Below, one piece after another: positions 10,583 to 19,117 of a DNA stretch of 48,633 nucleotides. Both the position numbers and the translations under genes were made by a program. The DNA is from Acidaminococcaceae bacterium. Its GTDB lineage: Bacteria; Bacillota; Negativicutes; Acidaminococcales; Acidaminococcaceae. Below the pieces are notes generated by a model. It saw nothing but the letters and a program-made list of their open reading frames with translations, was not told where the DNA came from and ran no database searches. The DNA lies in assembly GCA_017460905.1 (NCBI GenBank), contig JAFTZZ010000004.1, positions 1 to 48,633 of the forward strand. Direction: 5' to 3'. Numbering within the stretch: position 1 is the first letter of the stretch; the number at the start of each line of letters is the position of its first letter.

Positions 10583-10629
10583 TAAAAGCTGCGGCAAAAT
10601 CCGGGTAAGGCTGTTTTGCTGCAGCTTTT
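10583..10629. terminator. Intrinsic terminator (bidirectional-type)
   Basis: AAAAGCTGCGGCAAAA / TTTTGCTGCAGCTTTT inverted repeat. Confidence 0.75.
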
Positions 10630-10666
10630 ATAGTTAAGAAGAACATAAACATATTATGAAGAATAT

Positions 10667-10701
10667 AAAAAACCTGAGACGGAAATCCGCATCAGGTTTT
10701 T
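10667..10701 (-). terminator. Intrinsic terminator for the convergent SpeD-like gene
   Basis: AAAAAACCTGA-GACGG..CCGCA-TCAGGTTTTT hairpin with A/T runs on both sides. Confidence 0.7.
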
Positions 10702-10723
10702 GCTTTTATATAATAATGCAAAT

Positions 10724-11176
10724 TTATAATGATTTTGGTTTCATGAATAATTTTCCAAAGCGTTTGGTCATATTGCGCATTTGGGTAATTTTACGGGTTT
10801 TGTTGCGGTGGCGCGGTTTCATATCGGCTTTTTTGCCAAAATCGCCGCGGTCAACATAGGTGAGCTTCATCTTATCGGGAGAGAAGAAACTGCACAATTC
10901 CCGTACCAATTTTTCCGGGTTAGCGTCTTCGTTGAACGAAAAACCGTCGATAGAGACAAAACCTTTGTTGCTGTTGACATGTAAAATGATATGTCCTTCT
11001 TTGCAGATGCAGTAAATGCCGTAGCCTGTTTCTGCTTCCGGTTCGATACGGAGGCTTAGCAGCTGCATTTGATTGCTTTCGGCATAGTTTTCCAGCGTTC
11101 CCTTTAATGCATCCTGTGCCAGTGCGTCTTCCGCACAGCTGTACAGGTCTGCAGCGACTAATAATCCTGTTTTCAA
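10724..11176 (-). CDS. S-adenosylmethionine decarboxylase (class 1B SpeD)-fold protein, predicted catalytically inactive
   Basis: Aligns by eye to SpeD/SpeH (ADLYSC; E-x-H-I-x-L-H; GFVSID; NPEK; DRG) but has EGH instead of ESH and FSF instead of FTC; TTG start with AAGGAGAG RBS. Confidence 0.75.
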   Translation of the reverse strand: MKTGLLVAADLYSCAEDALAQDALKGTLENYAESNQMQLLSLRIEPEAETGYGIYCICKEGHIILHVNSNKGFVSIDGFSFNEDANPEKLVRELCSFFSPDKMKLTYVDRGDFGKKADMKPRHRNKTRKITQMRNMTKRFGKLFMKPKSL

Positions 11177-11269
11177 ATCAGACTCTCCTTTTTAAAACTG
11201 TCGGCAGTTTTGCGTTGTGCCCGTTCTGTGTTTGATCATCCTACTTTTGGTGTAATTCGGTATGCATTG

Positions 11270-11298
11270 ATTATAGCAGAGTAAATATCTATTGTCAA
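11270..11298 (-). promoter_or_regulatory. Perfect sigma-A promoter for the SpeD-like gene
   Basis: Minus strand TTGACA-17nt-TATAAT with TG extension. Confidence 0.8.
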
Positions 11299-11343
11299 AA
11301 TAAACTGTGAGGCCTGAAAAAGTAAATTATTTACGTCGATTCA

Positions 11344-11352
11344 TGCTATAAT
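11344..11352 (+). promoter_or_regulatory. Extended -10 promoter element for recD2
   Basis: TGCTATAAT about 30 nt upstream of the ATG. Confidence 0.55.
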
Positions 11353-11380
11353 AATTATAATATAAAACACGAGGTACTGC

Positions 11381-13531
11381 ATGGAACAATTAGAAGGCTC
11401 AGTAGAAAATATTATATTCCAAAGTGATGACAGGCGTTTCTGTGTATTGCGGATCAAATGCGTATCAGCAGGAGTGGTAACTGCTGTTTATCGCGGTCCG
11501 GCGCCTTTTCTGGGAGAAACCGTAAAGGCATCGGGCGAATGGGTAAAACACGCCAGGTTCGGGCAGCAGTTCAGTATCGCAGGGTATCAGTCTGTGAAAC
11601 CGGGTTCCGCTGAAGGAATTGAGCGTTTCCTTGCCAGCGGGGCGGTAAAGGGGGTTGGCAAGGCGATGGCTTCCCGGATTGTAGCGCATTTTGGCAAAGA
11701 GACACTGGAGGTCTTGGGAAGCGATCCGTCCCGGCTGGTGGAGGTTTCCGGGATTGGCGCCAAAAAAGCAGAAGCGATTGGCCAGGCTTACAGCGAAATT
11801 TCCGATTTGCGGGAAATCATGCTTTTTCTGGAAGAAAACGGTGTCAGCGGCAGTTATGCGGCAAAGCTGCAGCTGGCATACGGGAATACTGCCGTTACAA
11901 GAATCAAGGCAAATCCGTACCGGCTGATCAGCGATATCGAAGGCATCGGGTTTAAAACGGCAGACCGGATTGCACTGTCCCTGGGCTTTGAACCTGCTTC
12001 GGGGGAACGCGTCAGGGCCGGTATCGGTTATGCGCTGACGCTGGCTGCGACCGGGGGGCACACCTGCGTCCCGGAAGAAAATCTGCTGCGGTATGCCGGG
12101 CAGATATTACAGATCGATTACATGGAAGCGGAAGCCGTTTTTCACAGCATGATCGAGAATGATCTTCTTCGTACAGAAGACTGGGGCGGACAGCGCTTTA
12201 TTTATCCGGAATATCTGTACCGGGCGGAAAAGGAAACGGCGCGCATGCTGCTGACCCTGCGAAACCATCCGGAAAGCCTGGGAAAAGCAGATGAAGAAAA
12301 GATCATGAAAGACTGGGAACAGGAGGCAGGAATCGTATTGGCAAATGCCCAGAAGGAAGCAATCCGTTCTTCTCTAAAATATGGGGTGTTTGCTTTGACC
12401 GGCGGACCCGGAACCGGTAAAACGACGATAATCAAAGGTATTCTGTCCGTGCTGAAGCGTGCCGGCTGCAAGGTTTTGCTGGCTGCCCCGACCGGCAGGG
12501 CGGCCCGCCGCCTGGAGGCTGCTACGGGAGAAAAGGCGCAGACGGTTCACCGGCTGCTGGAATATAATGTGACCGGGGAATTTGGCAAAAACGCGAATGA
12601 TCTGCTGGAAGCCCAGGCGGTGATTGTCGATGAAGCTTCCATGCTTGATATCCTGCTGATTTATCATCTGTTAGACGCAATTCCGTTAGGCTGCCGCCTG
12701 ATTTTGGTGGGGGACGTGGATCAGCTGCCGTCGGTAGGGGCCGGTTCGGTCCTGAAAGATATGATCCAAAGCGGGAAGATGCCGGTCGTTCGTCTGCAGG
12801 AAGTATTCCGGCAGGCAGAGGTCAGTCCTATTGTCCGCAATGCACACCGGATTAACCGAGGGCAGATGCCCGAGTGTACGCCGGACAGTGATTTTTCCAT
12901 GGCAGAGTTTGCGGATGAAGAACAGGCTGCTGCCTATATCACTGCTTTGTATGCCCGCATTACGGGCGGGAAAAACTGGAAGGCGCTGCAGGTTTTGTCG
13001 CCTATGCATAAAGGCGTCTGCGGCGTACAGAATTTAAATAAACTGCTGCAGGAACGGGTGAATCCGGCTGCCCCCGGCAGGGGTGAAATTATCCAGCCTG
13101 GCGGTACGGTGCTCCGTCTGGGGGATAAGGTCATGCAGATCCGCAATAATTACGAAAAAGATGTGTATAATGGAGATATCGGACAGATTACGGATATTGC
13201 GGAAAAAACTGTTAAAGTGTGGTATCCGGACCGTCCGGAAGAGGAATATGTAACATATGCTGACGGGGAATACGATGAATTGCAGCTGGCCTATGCCATG
13301 AGCGTGCATAAGTCCCAGGGCAGTGAATATTCACAGGTGGTGGTCGTCCTGGTTCCTGGGCATTACATCATGTTACAGCGCAATTTGTTATATACCGCTG
13401 TGACCCGTGCCCGGGAGAAGGTCCTGCTGGTCGGGACAAAAGCGGCGCTGCAGACTGCTGTTGCCAATGACCGGACGCGGCGGAGATATTCCCTGTTGAA
13501 GGAACGGCTGCAGGAAACAGGGGAGCTTTAA
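11381..13531 (+). CDS. recD2: ATP-dependent RecD-like DNA helicase RecD2
   Basis: HhH repeats, TGGPGTGKTT, APTGRAA, VDEASM, GDVDQLPSVG, FRQ, YAMSVHKSQGSEY, LLYTAVTRA. Confidence 0.95.
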   Translation: MEQLEGSVENIIFQSDDRRFCVLRIKCVSAGVVTAVYRGPAPFLGETVKASGEWVKHARFGQQFSIAGYQSVKPGSAEGIERFLASGAVKGVGKAMASRIVAHFGKETLEVLGSDPSRLVEVSGIGAKKAEAIGQAYSEISDLREIMLFLEENGVSGSYAAKLQLAYGNTAVTRIKANPYRLISDIEGIGFKTADRIALSLGFEPASGERVRAGIGYALTLAATGGHTCVPEENLLRYAGQILQIDYMEAEAVFHSMIENDLLRTEDWGGQRFIYPEYLYRAEKETARMLLTLRNHPESLGKADEEKIMKDWEQEAGIVLANAQKEAIRSSLKYGVFALTGGPGTGKTTIIKGILSVLKRAGCKVLLAAPTGRAARRLEAATGEKAQTVHRLLEYNVTGEFGKNANDLLEAQAVIVDEASMLDILLIYHLLDAIPLGCRLILVGDVDQLPSVGAGSVLKDMIQSGKMPVVRLQEVFRQAEVSPIVRNAHRINRGQMPECTPDSDFSMAEFADEEQAAAYITALYARITGGKNWKALQVLSPMHKGVCGVQNLNKLLQERVNPAAPGRGEIIQPGGTVLRLGDKVMQIRNNYEKDVYNGDIGQITDIAEKTVKVWYPDRPEEEYVTYADGEYDELQLAYAMSVHKSQGSEYSQVVVVLVPGHYIMLQRNLLYTAVTRAREKVLLVGTKAALQTAVANDRTRRRYSLLKERLQETGEL

Positions 13532-13551
13532 CGGAATGGGAGGAAAAGATT

Positions 13552-14295
13552 CTGTTTTTAAAAATAATAAATGACATTTTATTTCCGCGTTGCTGCGCTT
13601 CCTGCGGTGTGGAAACTGAGACCGGTCTTTTATGCGCTGAATGCCGGGACGGGCTTTTACAGATGAAACCGTTTCCCGGAGTTGAGCATATAGACGGGGT
13701 CCTGTTCTTTTTCAGTTATGAGAACAGCATTAAAACCGCGATCCAAGAAGTAAAGTTCTCTCACGATAAAAACCAGGCTTATTTGCTGGCGGAGGAAGCG
13801 GAAAAACTTTTTCATCAAGATTCCTCACGAAATATTATTATGAATTTTCTTGCAGAGGCAGGAACTTTACCTCTGCATGACGAATTTTGTGGTAAGAGTA
13901 TAAATAAATTATATACAAAAGAAAAAACGAAGGAAAACAGGCTCCTTTGGAGCGGGATACCGACGGACCCGGAAAGGCTGCGGAAAAGAGGGTTTGATCT
14001 GCCGTCCCTGCTGTTTGCGGAACAGGCGCAAGCGTGCGGCGGCGTTTGGCAGCGCATATTGTGCCGAACTCGGAAAACGCTGCCCATGTATGGCCTGGGA
14101 CCGGAAGAAAGGATACGGAATCTGCAGGATTGTTTTGCGGCTGTCCGTGATGTTCGTGGTAAATCTGTTATCCTGGTGGATGATATATTTACCACAGGCA
14201 CTACGTTTTCTGCGGCGGCAGAGGTATTAAAAAAAGCAGGCGCTGTATCGGTGAAGGGAATGGCTTTTTGCGGTTCTGTGGAGAATCTCAGATGA
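13552..14295 (+). CDS. comF: ComF family protein (Zn ribbon + PRTase domain); start probably non-canonical CTG 13552 (or ATT 13549) rather than GTG 13609
   Basis: FPRCCASC...LCAEC Zn motifs, RKRGF, ERIRNL, LVDDIFTTGTT; first CxxC lies upstream of the called GTG, GGGAGG at 13538-13543. Confidence 0.85.
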   Translation: MFLKIINDILFPRCCASCGVETETGLLCAECRDGLLQMKPFPGVEHIDGVLFFFSYENSIKTAIQEVKFSHDKNQAYLLAEEAEKLFHQDSSRNIIMNFLAEAGTLPLHDEFCGKSINKLYTKEKTKENRLLWSGIPTDPERLRKRGFDLPSLLFAEQAQACGGVWQRILCRTRKTLPMYGLGPEERIRNLQDCFAAVRDVRGKSVILVDDIFTTGTTFSAAAEVLKKAGAVSVKGMAFCGSVENLR

Positions 14296-14332
14296 CAGCG
14301 GTATTTCCTGCGAAAATTTGGAGGCGAAGGAT

Positions 14333-15778
14333 ATGGGGTTAACGGGCAGCACAGGAATTAAAGGCGGATTCCAGTTTCGGTATCAGAACCTGATCGGAGC
14401 AGGAAGGGTTACCGAGGAAGCGCTGCAGGCGCTGCAGCCGGCGATGGACCGGGCTGCCGCGGCTGTACGGGAGATCCGCGGCGGCGGTTTTTCCAAAGCG
14501 CATCTGTCCAAGGACGGAACGCCGGAACATGTGTATTTTCCGCGGCAGGCTTATCTTGCAGAAGGAAATCCGAATGACGAAGAATCTGTGCGGAGACTGG
14601 AAGAGCTGGGCGCAGCCTGGAAGGACACGGTTGATGCAGCAGTCTTTATCGGGATTGGCGGTTCCTATTTAGGGGACAAGGTGGTGTTTGACCTTGCCGC
14701 CAAACCCTACTGGAACCAGCTCCCGAAAAAAGAACGGAACGGGTATCCGCAGATTTATTTTGCGGGGAATAATGTGGATGGGACAGCCTTGCAGGGCCTG
14801 ATGCGTCATCTGACACTGCAGGCGCAGCATGTCGGTCATCCGCTCCATATCCAACTGGTGCCGATTTCCAAATCGGGCACGACAATGGAACCGCTGACCA
14901 GCTTTGCCGCGTTGTTAAGTTATATGAGGAAACATCCGGAATGGTTTGTTACAGATATTACTGCCGTTACCGTTCTGGATGCGGAAGCTTCGTTGCTGTA
15001 CCGGCTGGCGCAGGAGAATAACTGGCCTGCTTTCAGCATTCCGGAAGGGATCGGGGGACGGTTTTGTATTTTAAGTAATCCCGGCCTGCTGATGTGTGCG
15101 GCATTGGGGTATGATATACGTTCCCTGCTGGAAGGCGCCCGGGAGATGTCGGAGCTATGCCTTGCTGCGGAAGGTACGGACAATCCGGCGCTGCTCAACG
15201 CTGCCCTGAAATTTTTGGCAGCGGAAAAGCTGGGTGCGGACATTGAAGTGCTGATGGGATATGGCGACGCCCTGCAATGCCTGGGCGCATGGTATGTGCA
15301 GCTGCTGGCAGAATCGCTGGGAAAACGGCTGGACCGTAACGGGAAGACGGCGTTTTACGGAAGGACCCCGGTAGTTGCGGTAGGTACGACGGATATGCAT
15401 TCCATGACCCAGCAGCATCAGGACGGGAAACGGAACAAAGTGATCCAGTTCCTGGAGGTAGAAAAACCGGCGGAAGCGTTAGTGGTGGATAATCCGTTCC
15501 CGCAGGAAAAGGCGTTCTCCCTGTATGCGGGCAAAGAAATGAATGTGCTGCTGCAGGCTGCGCTGACGGCAAATGAAACTGCGCTGACGGAAGACGGCAG
15601 GCTCAATGCCCGGTATGTGCTTCCGGAACTGTCGCCGCGGTACATCGGCCAGTTGTTGATGTTCCTGATGTACAGCATTGCGTATGAAGGCGAACTGGCG
15701 GATGTGGACGCATATGACCAGCCCGGTGTGGAAGCCTATAAGCGGATCATGAAAGCGGAGCTGGCAAAAGCAGAATAG
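14333..15778 (+). CDS. pgi: Glucose-6-phosphate isomerase
   Basis: GIGGSYLG, ISKSGTTME, IGGRF, QLLAESLGK, DMHS, DQPGVEAYK. Confidence 0.93.
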   Translation: MGLTGSTGIKGGFQFRYQNLIGAGRVTEEALQALQPAMDRAAAAVREIRGGGFSKAHLSKDGTPEHVYFPRQAYLAEGNPNDEESVRRLEELGAAWKDTVDAAVFIGIGGSYLGDKVVFDLAAKPYWNQLPKKERNGYPQIYFAGNNVDGTALQGLMRHLTLQAQHVGHPLHIQLVPISKSGTTMEPLTSFAALLSYMRKHPEWFVTDITAVTVLDAEASLLYRLAQENNWPAFSIPEGIGGRFCILSNPGLLMCAALGYDIRSLLEGAREMSELCLAAEGTDNPALLNAALKFLAAEKLGADIEVLMGYGDALQCLGAWYVQLLAESLGKRLDRNGKTAFYGRTPVVAVGTTDMHSMTQQHQDGKRNKVIQFLEVEKPAEALVVDNPFPQEKAFSLYAGKEMNVLLQAALTANETALTEDGRLNARYVLPELSPRYIGQLLMFLMYSIAYEGELADVDAYDQPGVEAYKRIMKAELAKAE

Positions 15779-15825
15779 GAAAGCCGTAATATTCCTTTTG
15801 TCAATAATGGTTAAACGGGTTACAG

Positions 15826-15877
15826 GTTCTCTGCCTGATAATCGGACAAAACCGGTTGTCAGGACAGAGAACTTTTT
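15826..15877 (+). terminator. Intrinsic terminator after pgi
   Basis: GTTCTCTG-CCTGATAATCGG / CCGGTTGTCAGG-A-CAGAGAAC stem + TTTTT. Confidence 0.75.
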
Positions 15878-15935
15878 ATTATCTGTAACATTCGCAACGA
15901 TATTTAACAAGTTTGTGAAATCTGTGTTTCCGGAC

Positions 15936-15964
15936 TTGCATAAAGTCAAAAAGTCAAATATAAT
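15936..15964 (+). promoter_or_regulatory. sigma-A promoter of ctsR operon containing CtsR-type heptad repeats
   Basis: TTGCAT-17-TATAAT; AGTCAAA twice (15944-15950, 15952-15958) in the spacer. Confidence 0.75.
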
Positions 15965-16022
15965 AGCGATATAATACAATTTTTCTATGGTTTAAAAGGC
16001 AGAACAGAAAGCAGGTAACAGT

Positions 16023-16430
16023 ATGAAAAATATGGCAGATGCAATAGAGAGCTTCATTGTGGGAAGGCTGCTGGCAGAAAGCCGGAATACGGTTTTGGTA
16101 CAGCGCAATGAGCTGGCGGACCGTTTGTCGTGCGCGCCGTCCCAGATCAGCTATGTGCTGAGTACCCGGTTCACGCCTGAGAAAGGATACCTGGTAGAAT
16201 CCCGCCGCGGCAGCGGAGGATTTATCCGTATCGTCAGGATATTGCCGGTGGAAGAGCAGGAACAGGAGCCTTCTGTAGATGAGATTTTGCAGTACTGGCA
16301 TAAAAACCGTATGCTGACGGACAGGGAGTTTGAGCTGCTGCATTATCTGATGGGCATCATGGATGTCCCGGAACGGGATAAACGCCGTATACTGCGGGAA
16401 GCGGTACAACGCATGGTGGATGCAGGCTGA
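16023..16430 (+). CDS. ctsR: Class III heat-shock repressor CtsR
   Basis: ADAIESFI, QRNELA, CAPSQISYVLSTRFT, YLVESRRGSGGFIRI. Confidence 0.93.
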   Translation: MKNMADAIESFIVGRLLAESRNTVLVQRNELADRLSCAPSQISYVLSTRFTPEKGYLVESRRGSGGFIRIVRILPVEEQEQEPSVDEILQYWHKNRMLTDREFELLHYLMGIMDVPERDKRRILREAVQRMVDAG

Positions 16431-16549
16431 AGTGATCAGAGGAGTTTTGCTGTTACAGAAGCGCTGACTGAATGGGTTTGCAAGCTTGCCGCTGGGCGAA
16501 CATGCGAATGGGCAGTGTTTTATGATTAACAACAGCAGGGAGGATACAG

Positions 16550-19117
16550 ATGTTATGTGAACGTTGTGGCAAAAGGGAAGCCACTGTAAATGTTGTTTGC
16601 GTTGTCAACGATAAAAGGGTCAGCAAATGGCTCTGCGAATCCTGCGCCAGGGAATTTGCCGCAGAAGGCGTGCTGGCGGGGCAGGGCGGCAAAGAAACCC
16701 GCAATATACTGGAAGAAATCTTCAGGCCGCTGCGCAGGCTGGCTGAACGGAATTACGAGGATGATGGCAGCCAGAAAAATAATTTTTATACCGATCTGGC
16801 AGAAAAAATACTGGCAACAGCGCGCCGCACAGCAGCACAGCGTCAGCAGGAGGAAATCGGTACGGAACATATTCTGTGGGCGATGCTGCAGGAGCCGGAC
16901 AGCCAGGCAGCGCATCTGCTGCTGCGCTGCGGCGTGGATAAATATACGCTGCTGGGTGAACTGGAAACCTGGATGGGAAGTACGGCAGAGGGCGCGAACC
17001 CGGTGGTTTATACGGCAGAAGCTTCCCGGGCCATGAAATATGCCAAATCATTTTCCGATACGGACGGCTTGTATCTTGTAAGCTCCGGGCATCTGCTGCT
17101 GGGGCTGCTGGCGGAAGACGGCTGTGTTGCATCCCGGGTCCTGGCCCGGTTCAATATCACCATGAACCGCATACAGACCATGATGCATGAGGAATTTATA
17201 ACGACCCACACGCTGCCGGAAAATAATAAGTTCAAATCCCAGGCCAAAAAAGAAAAAGCAGAAGCAGAGCTGAAAAAAGCGTTGAAGCTGCTGCAGGGGT
17301 TTGGCCGTAACCTGAATGAACTGGCGCAGCAGGGAAAACTGGACCCTGTGCTGGGCCGGGAAAAGGAACTGGAACACCTGATGCGGATTTTATGCCGCAG
17401 GACGAAGAACAATCCTGTGCTGATCGGCGAGTCCGGCGTGGGCAAAACAGCTGTAGCGGAAGGGCTCGCACAACGGATCGTCGGTCGGGAAGTGCCGGAG
17501 TTTTTGGCAGATAAGATTATTTTTTCGCTGGAATTAGGCTATGTGGTGGCAGGCGCAAAATATCGGGGAGAACTGGAAGAACGTCTCCGGAATATTATTG
17601 AAGCCGTAAAACACTGTCCCAGGATCATTCTTTTTATGGACGAATTGCAGATGCTGATGAATGGCGGCGACGGTACCATGAATATCGCCAATATTATCAA
17701 GCCGGCCCTTGCCAGAGGGGAATTGCATGTTATCGGCGCAACTACGCTGGAGGATTATCGTAAAAGCGTAGAGAAGGACGCGGCGCTGGAACGGCGGTTC
17801 CAGCCGGTTCGTGTAGATGCGCCTGACACTGACGCTGCTTTGCGGATATTGAAGCGACTGTGTGACCGATATGAAAAATTCCATCATGTACGCGTGACAG
17901 AGGAAGCGCTGGAAGCTGCGGTAAAACTGTCAGACCGTTACCTTACCGACAGGAATCTTCCAGATAAAGCGATTGATATTTTAGATGAAGCCTGCGCTTC
18001 AATTAAGCTTCACAGTACCAGGGATTATTCCGGGGAGATGGGCGATCCGGTGGTCGACGCGGATACGGTGCGCCAGATTATCTCCCATTGGACAAATATT
18101 CCGCTGACGAGGCTGAATGCAGCAGAGTCAGGGGATTTGCTGCGGCTGGAAAATTCCCTGCACGAACGGATCGTTGGGCAGAATGCAGCTGTAAAAACGG
18201 TGGCACAGGCCGTACGCCGCGCCCGGGCAGGGTTAAAAGATCCCCGCAGGCCGGTGGGTTCTTTTCTGTTCCTGGGACCTACCGGTGTTGGCAAAACAGA
18301 ACTGGCCAAGGCGCTGGCGGAAAATCTGTTTGGGGATGAAAGAGCCCTGCTGCGGTTTGATATGAGCGAATATATGGAAAAGCACACTGCATCCCGTCTG
18401 ATCGGGGCGCCGCCCGGCTATGTAGGGTATGAGGAAGGCGGACGGCTGACTTCTGCAGTGAAGCACCGTCCCTATTCCATCATATTATTGGATGAAATCG
18501 AAAAAGCCCATCCGGACATTTTTAATCTTCTTCTGCAAATCATGGAAGACGGACGTCTGACGGACGGGCAGGGGGTCACAGTGGATTTCCGCAACTGCGT
18601 GATCCTGATGACCAGCAATGCGTGTGCGGAACTGATGAGTGATAAGCACAGCCTTGGTTTTGCGGCGACTGCCGGGGCAGAAGTAGCCAACCAGAAACAG
18701 AATGTCTTGCAGGGAATCAGGGATATCTTCCGCCCGGAATTTTTAAACCGGCTGGACGAGATTATTGTATTTGATCCGTTAGGTAAAAAAGAACTGGCGC
18801 AGATCGTTGATAAAATGCTGGAAGATTTGCAGCAGCGGCTGCAGGATACCGGCATACAGCTGCGCATTACGTCTGCGGCGAAGGATAAACTGCTGGAAAC
18901 AGGCATGGATATCCGTTATGGCGCCCGTCCCCTGCGGCGTGCCCTGCAGAAAGAAATAGAAGACAAACTGGCAGATTTATATCTGGAAAGGATGTTTACT
19001 GCCGGTGACGAAGTGATGATCGATGTAATTGGCGAGGATTTCAGTTTTACCCGTTTAAAAGAAACACAGGCGGAAGAAAATATGGTGCCTGTGCAGGAGG
19101 GAAAGAACTGTGGCTAA
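16550..19117 (+). CDS. clpC: Clp protease ATPase (ClpC-like) with N-terminal C4 Zn finger and no M-domain
   Basis: CERC..CESC Zn finger, double Clp-N repeat, GESGVGKT / GAKYRG and GPTGVGKT / GYVGY AAA modules, LGF ClpP-binding loop; ctsR-clp-radA synteny. Confidence 0.88.
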   Translation: MLCERCGKREATVNVVCVVNDKRVSKWLCESCAREFAAEGVLAGQGGKETRNILEEIFRPLRRLAERNYEDDGSQKNNFYTDLAEKILATARRTAAQRQQEEIGTEHILWAMLQEPDSQAAHLLLRCGVDKYTLLGELETWMGSTAEGANPVVYTAEASRAMKYAKSFSDTDGLYLVSSGHLLLGLLAEDGCVASRVLARFNITMNRIQTMMHEEFITTHTLPENNKFKSQAKKEKAEAELKKALKLLQGFGRNLNELAQQGKLDPVLGREKELEHLMRILCRRTKNNPVLIGESGVGKTAVAEGLAQRIVGREVPEFLADKIIFSLELGYVVAGAKYRGELEERLRNIIEAVKHCPRIILFMDELQMLMNGGDGTMNIANIIKPALARGELHVIGATTLEDYRKSVEKDAALERRFQPVRVDAPDTDAALRILKRLCDRYEKFHHVRVTEEALEAAVKLSDRYLTDRNLPDKAIDILDEACASIKLHSTRDYSGEMGDPVVDADTVRQIISHWTNIPLTRLNAAESGDLLRLENSLHERIVGQNAAVKTVAQAVRRARAGLKDPRRPVGSFLFLGPTGVGKTELAKALAENLFGDERALLRFDMSEYMEKHTASRLIGAPPGYVGYEEGGRLTSAVKHRPYSIILLDEIEKAHPDIFNLLLQIMEDGRLTDGQGVTVDFRNCVILMTSNACAELMSDKHSLGFAATAGAEVANQKQNVLQGIRDIFRPEFLNRLDEIIVFDPLGKKELAQIVDKMLEDLQQRLQDTGIQLRITSAAKDKLLETGMDIRYGARPLRRALQKEIEDKLADLYLERMFTAGDEVMIDVIGEDFSFTRLKETQAEENMVPVQEGKNCG

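Noticed and set aside
10656-10984. Small plus-strand ORFs (10656-10859, 10781-10984)
   Set aside because: Overlap a terminator and the minus-strand SpeD-like gene, which has the RBS and promoter support.
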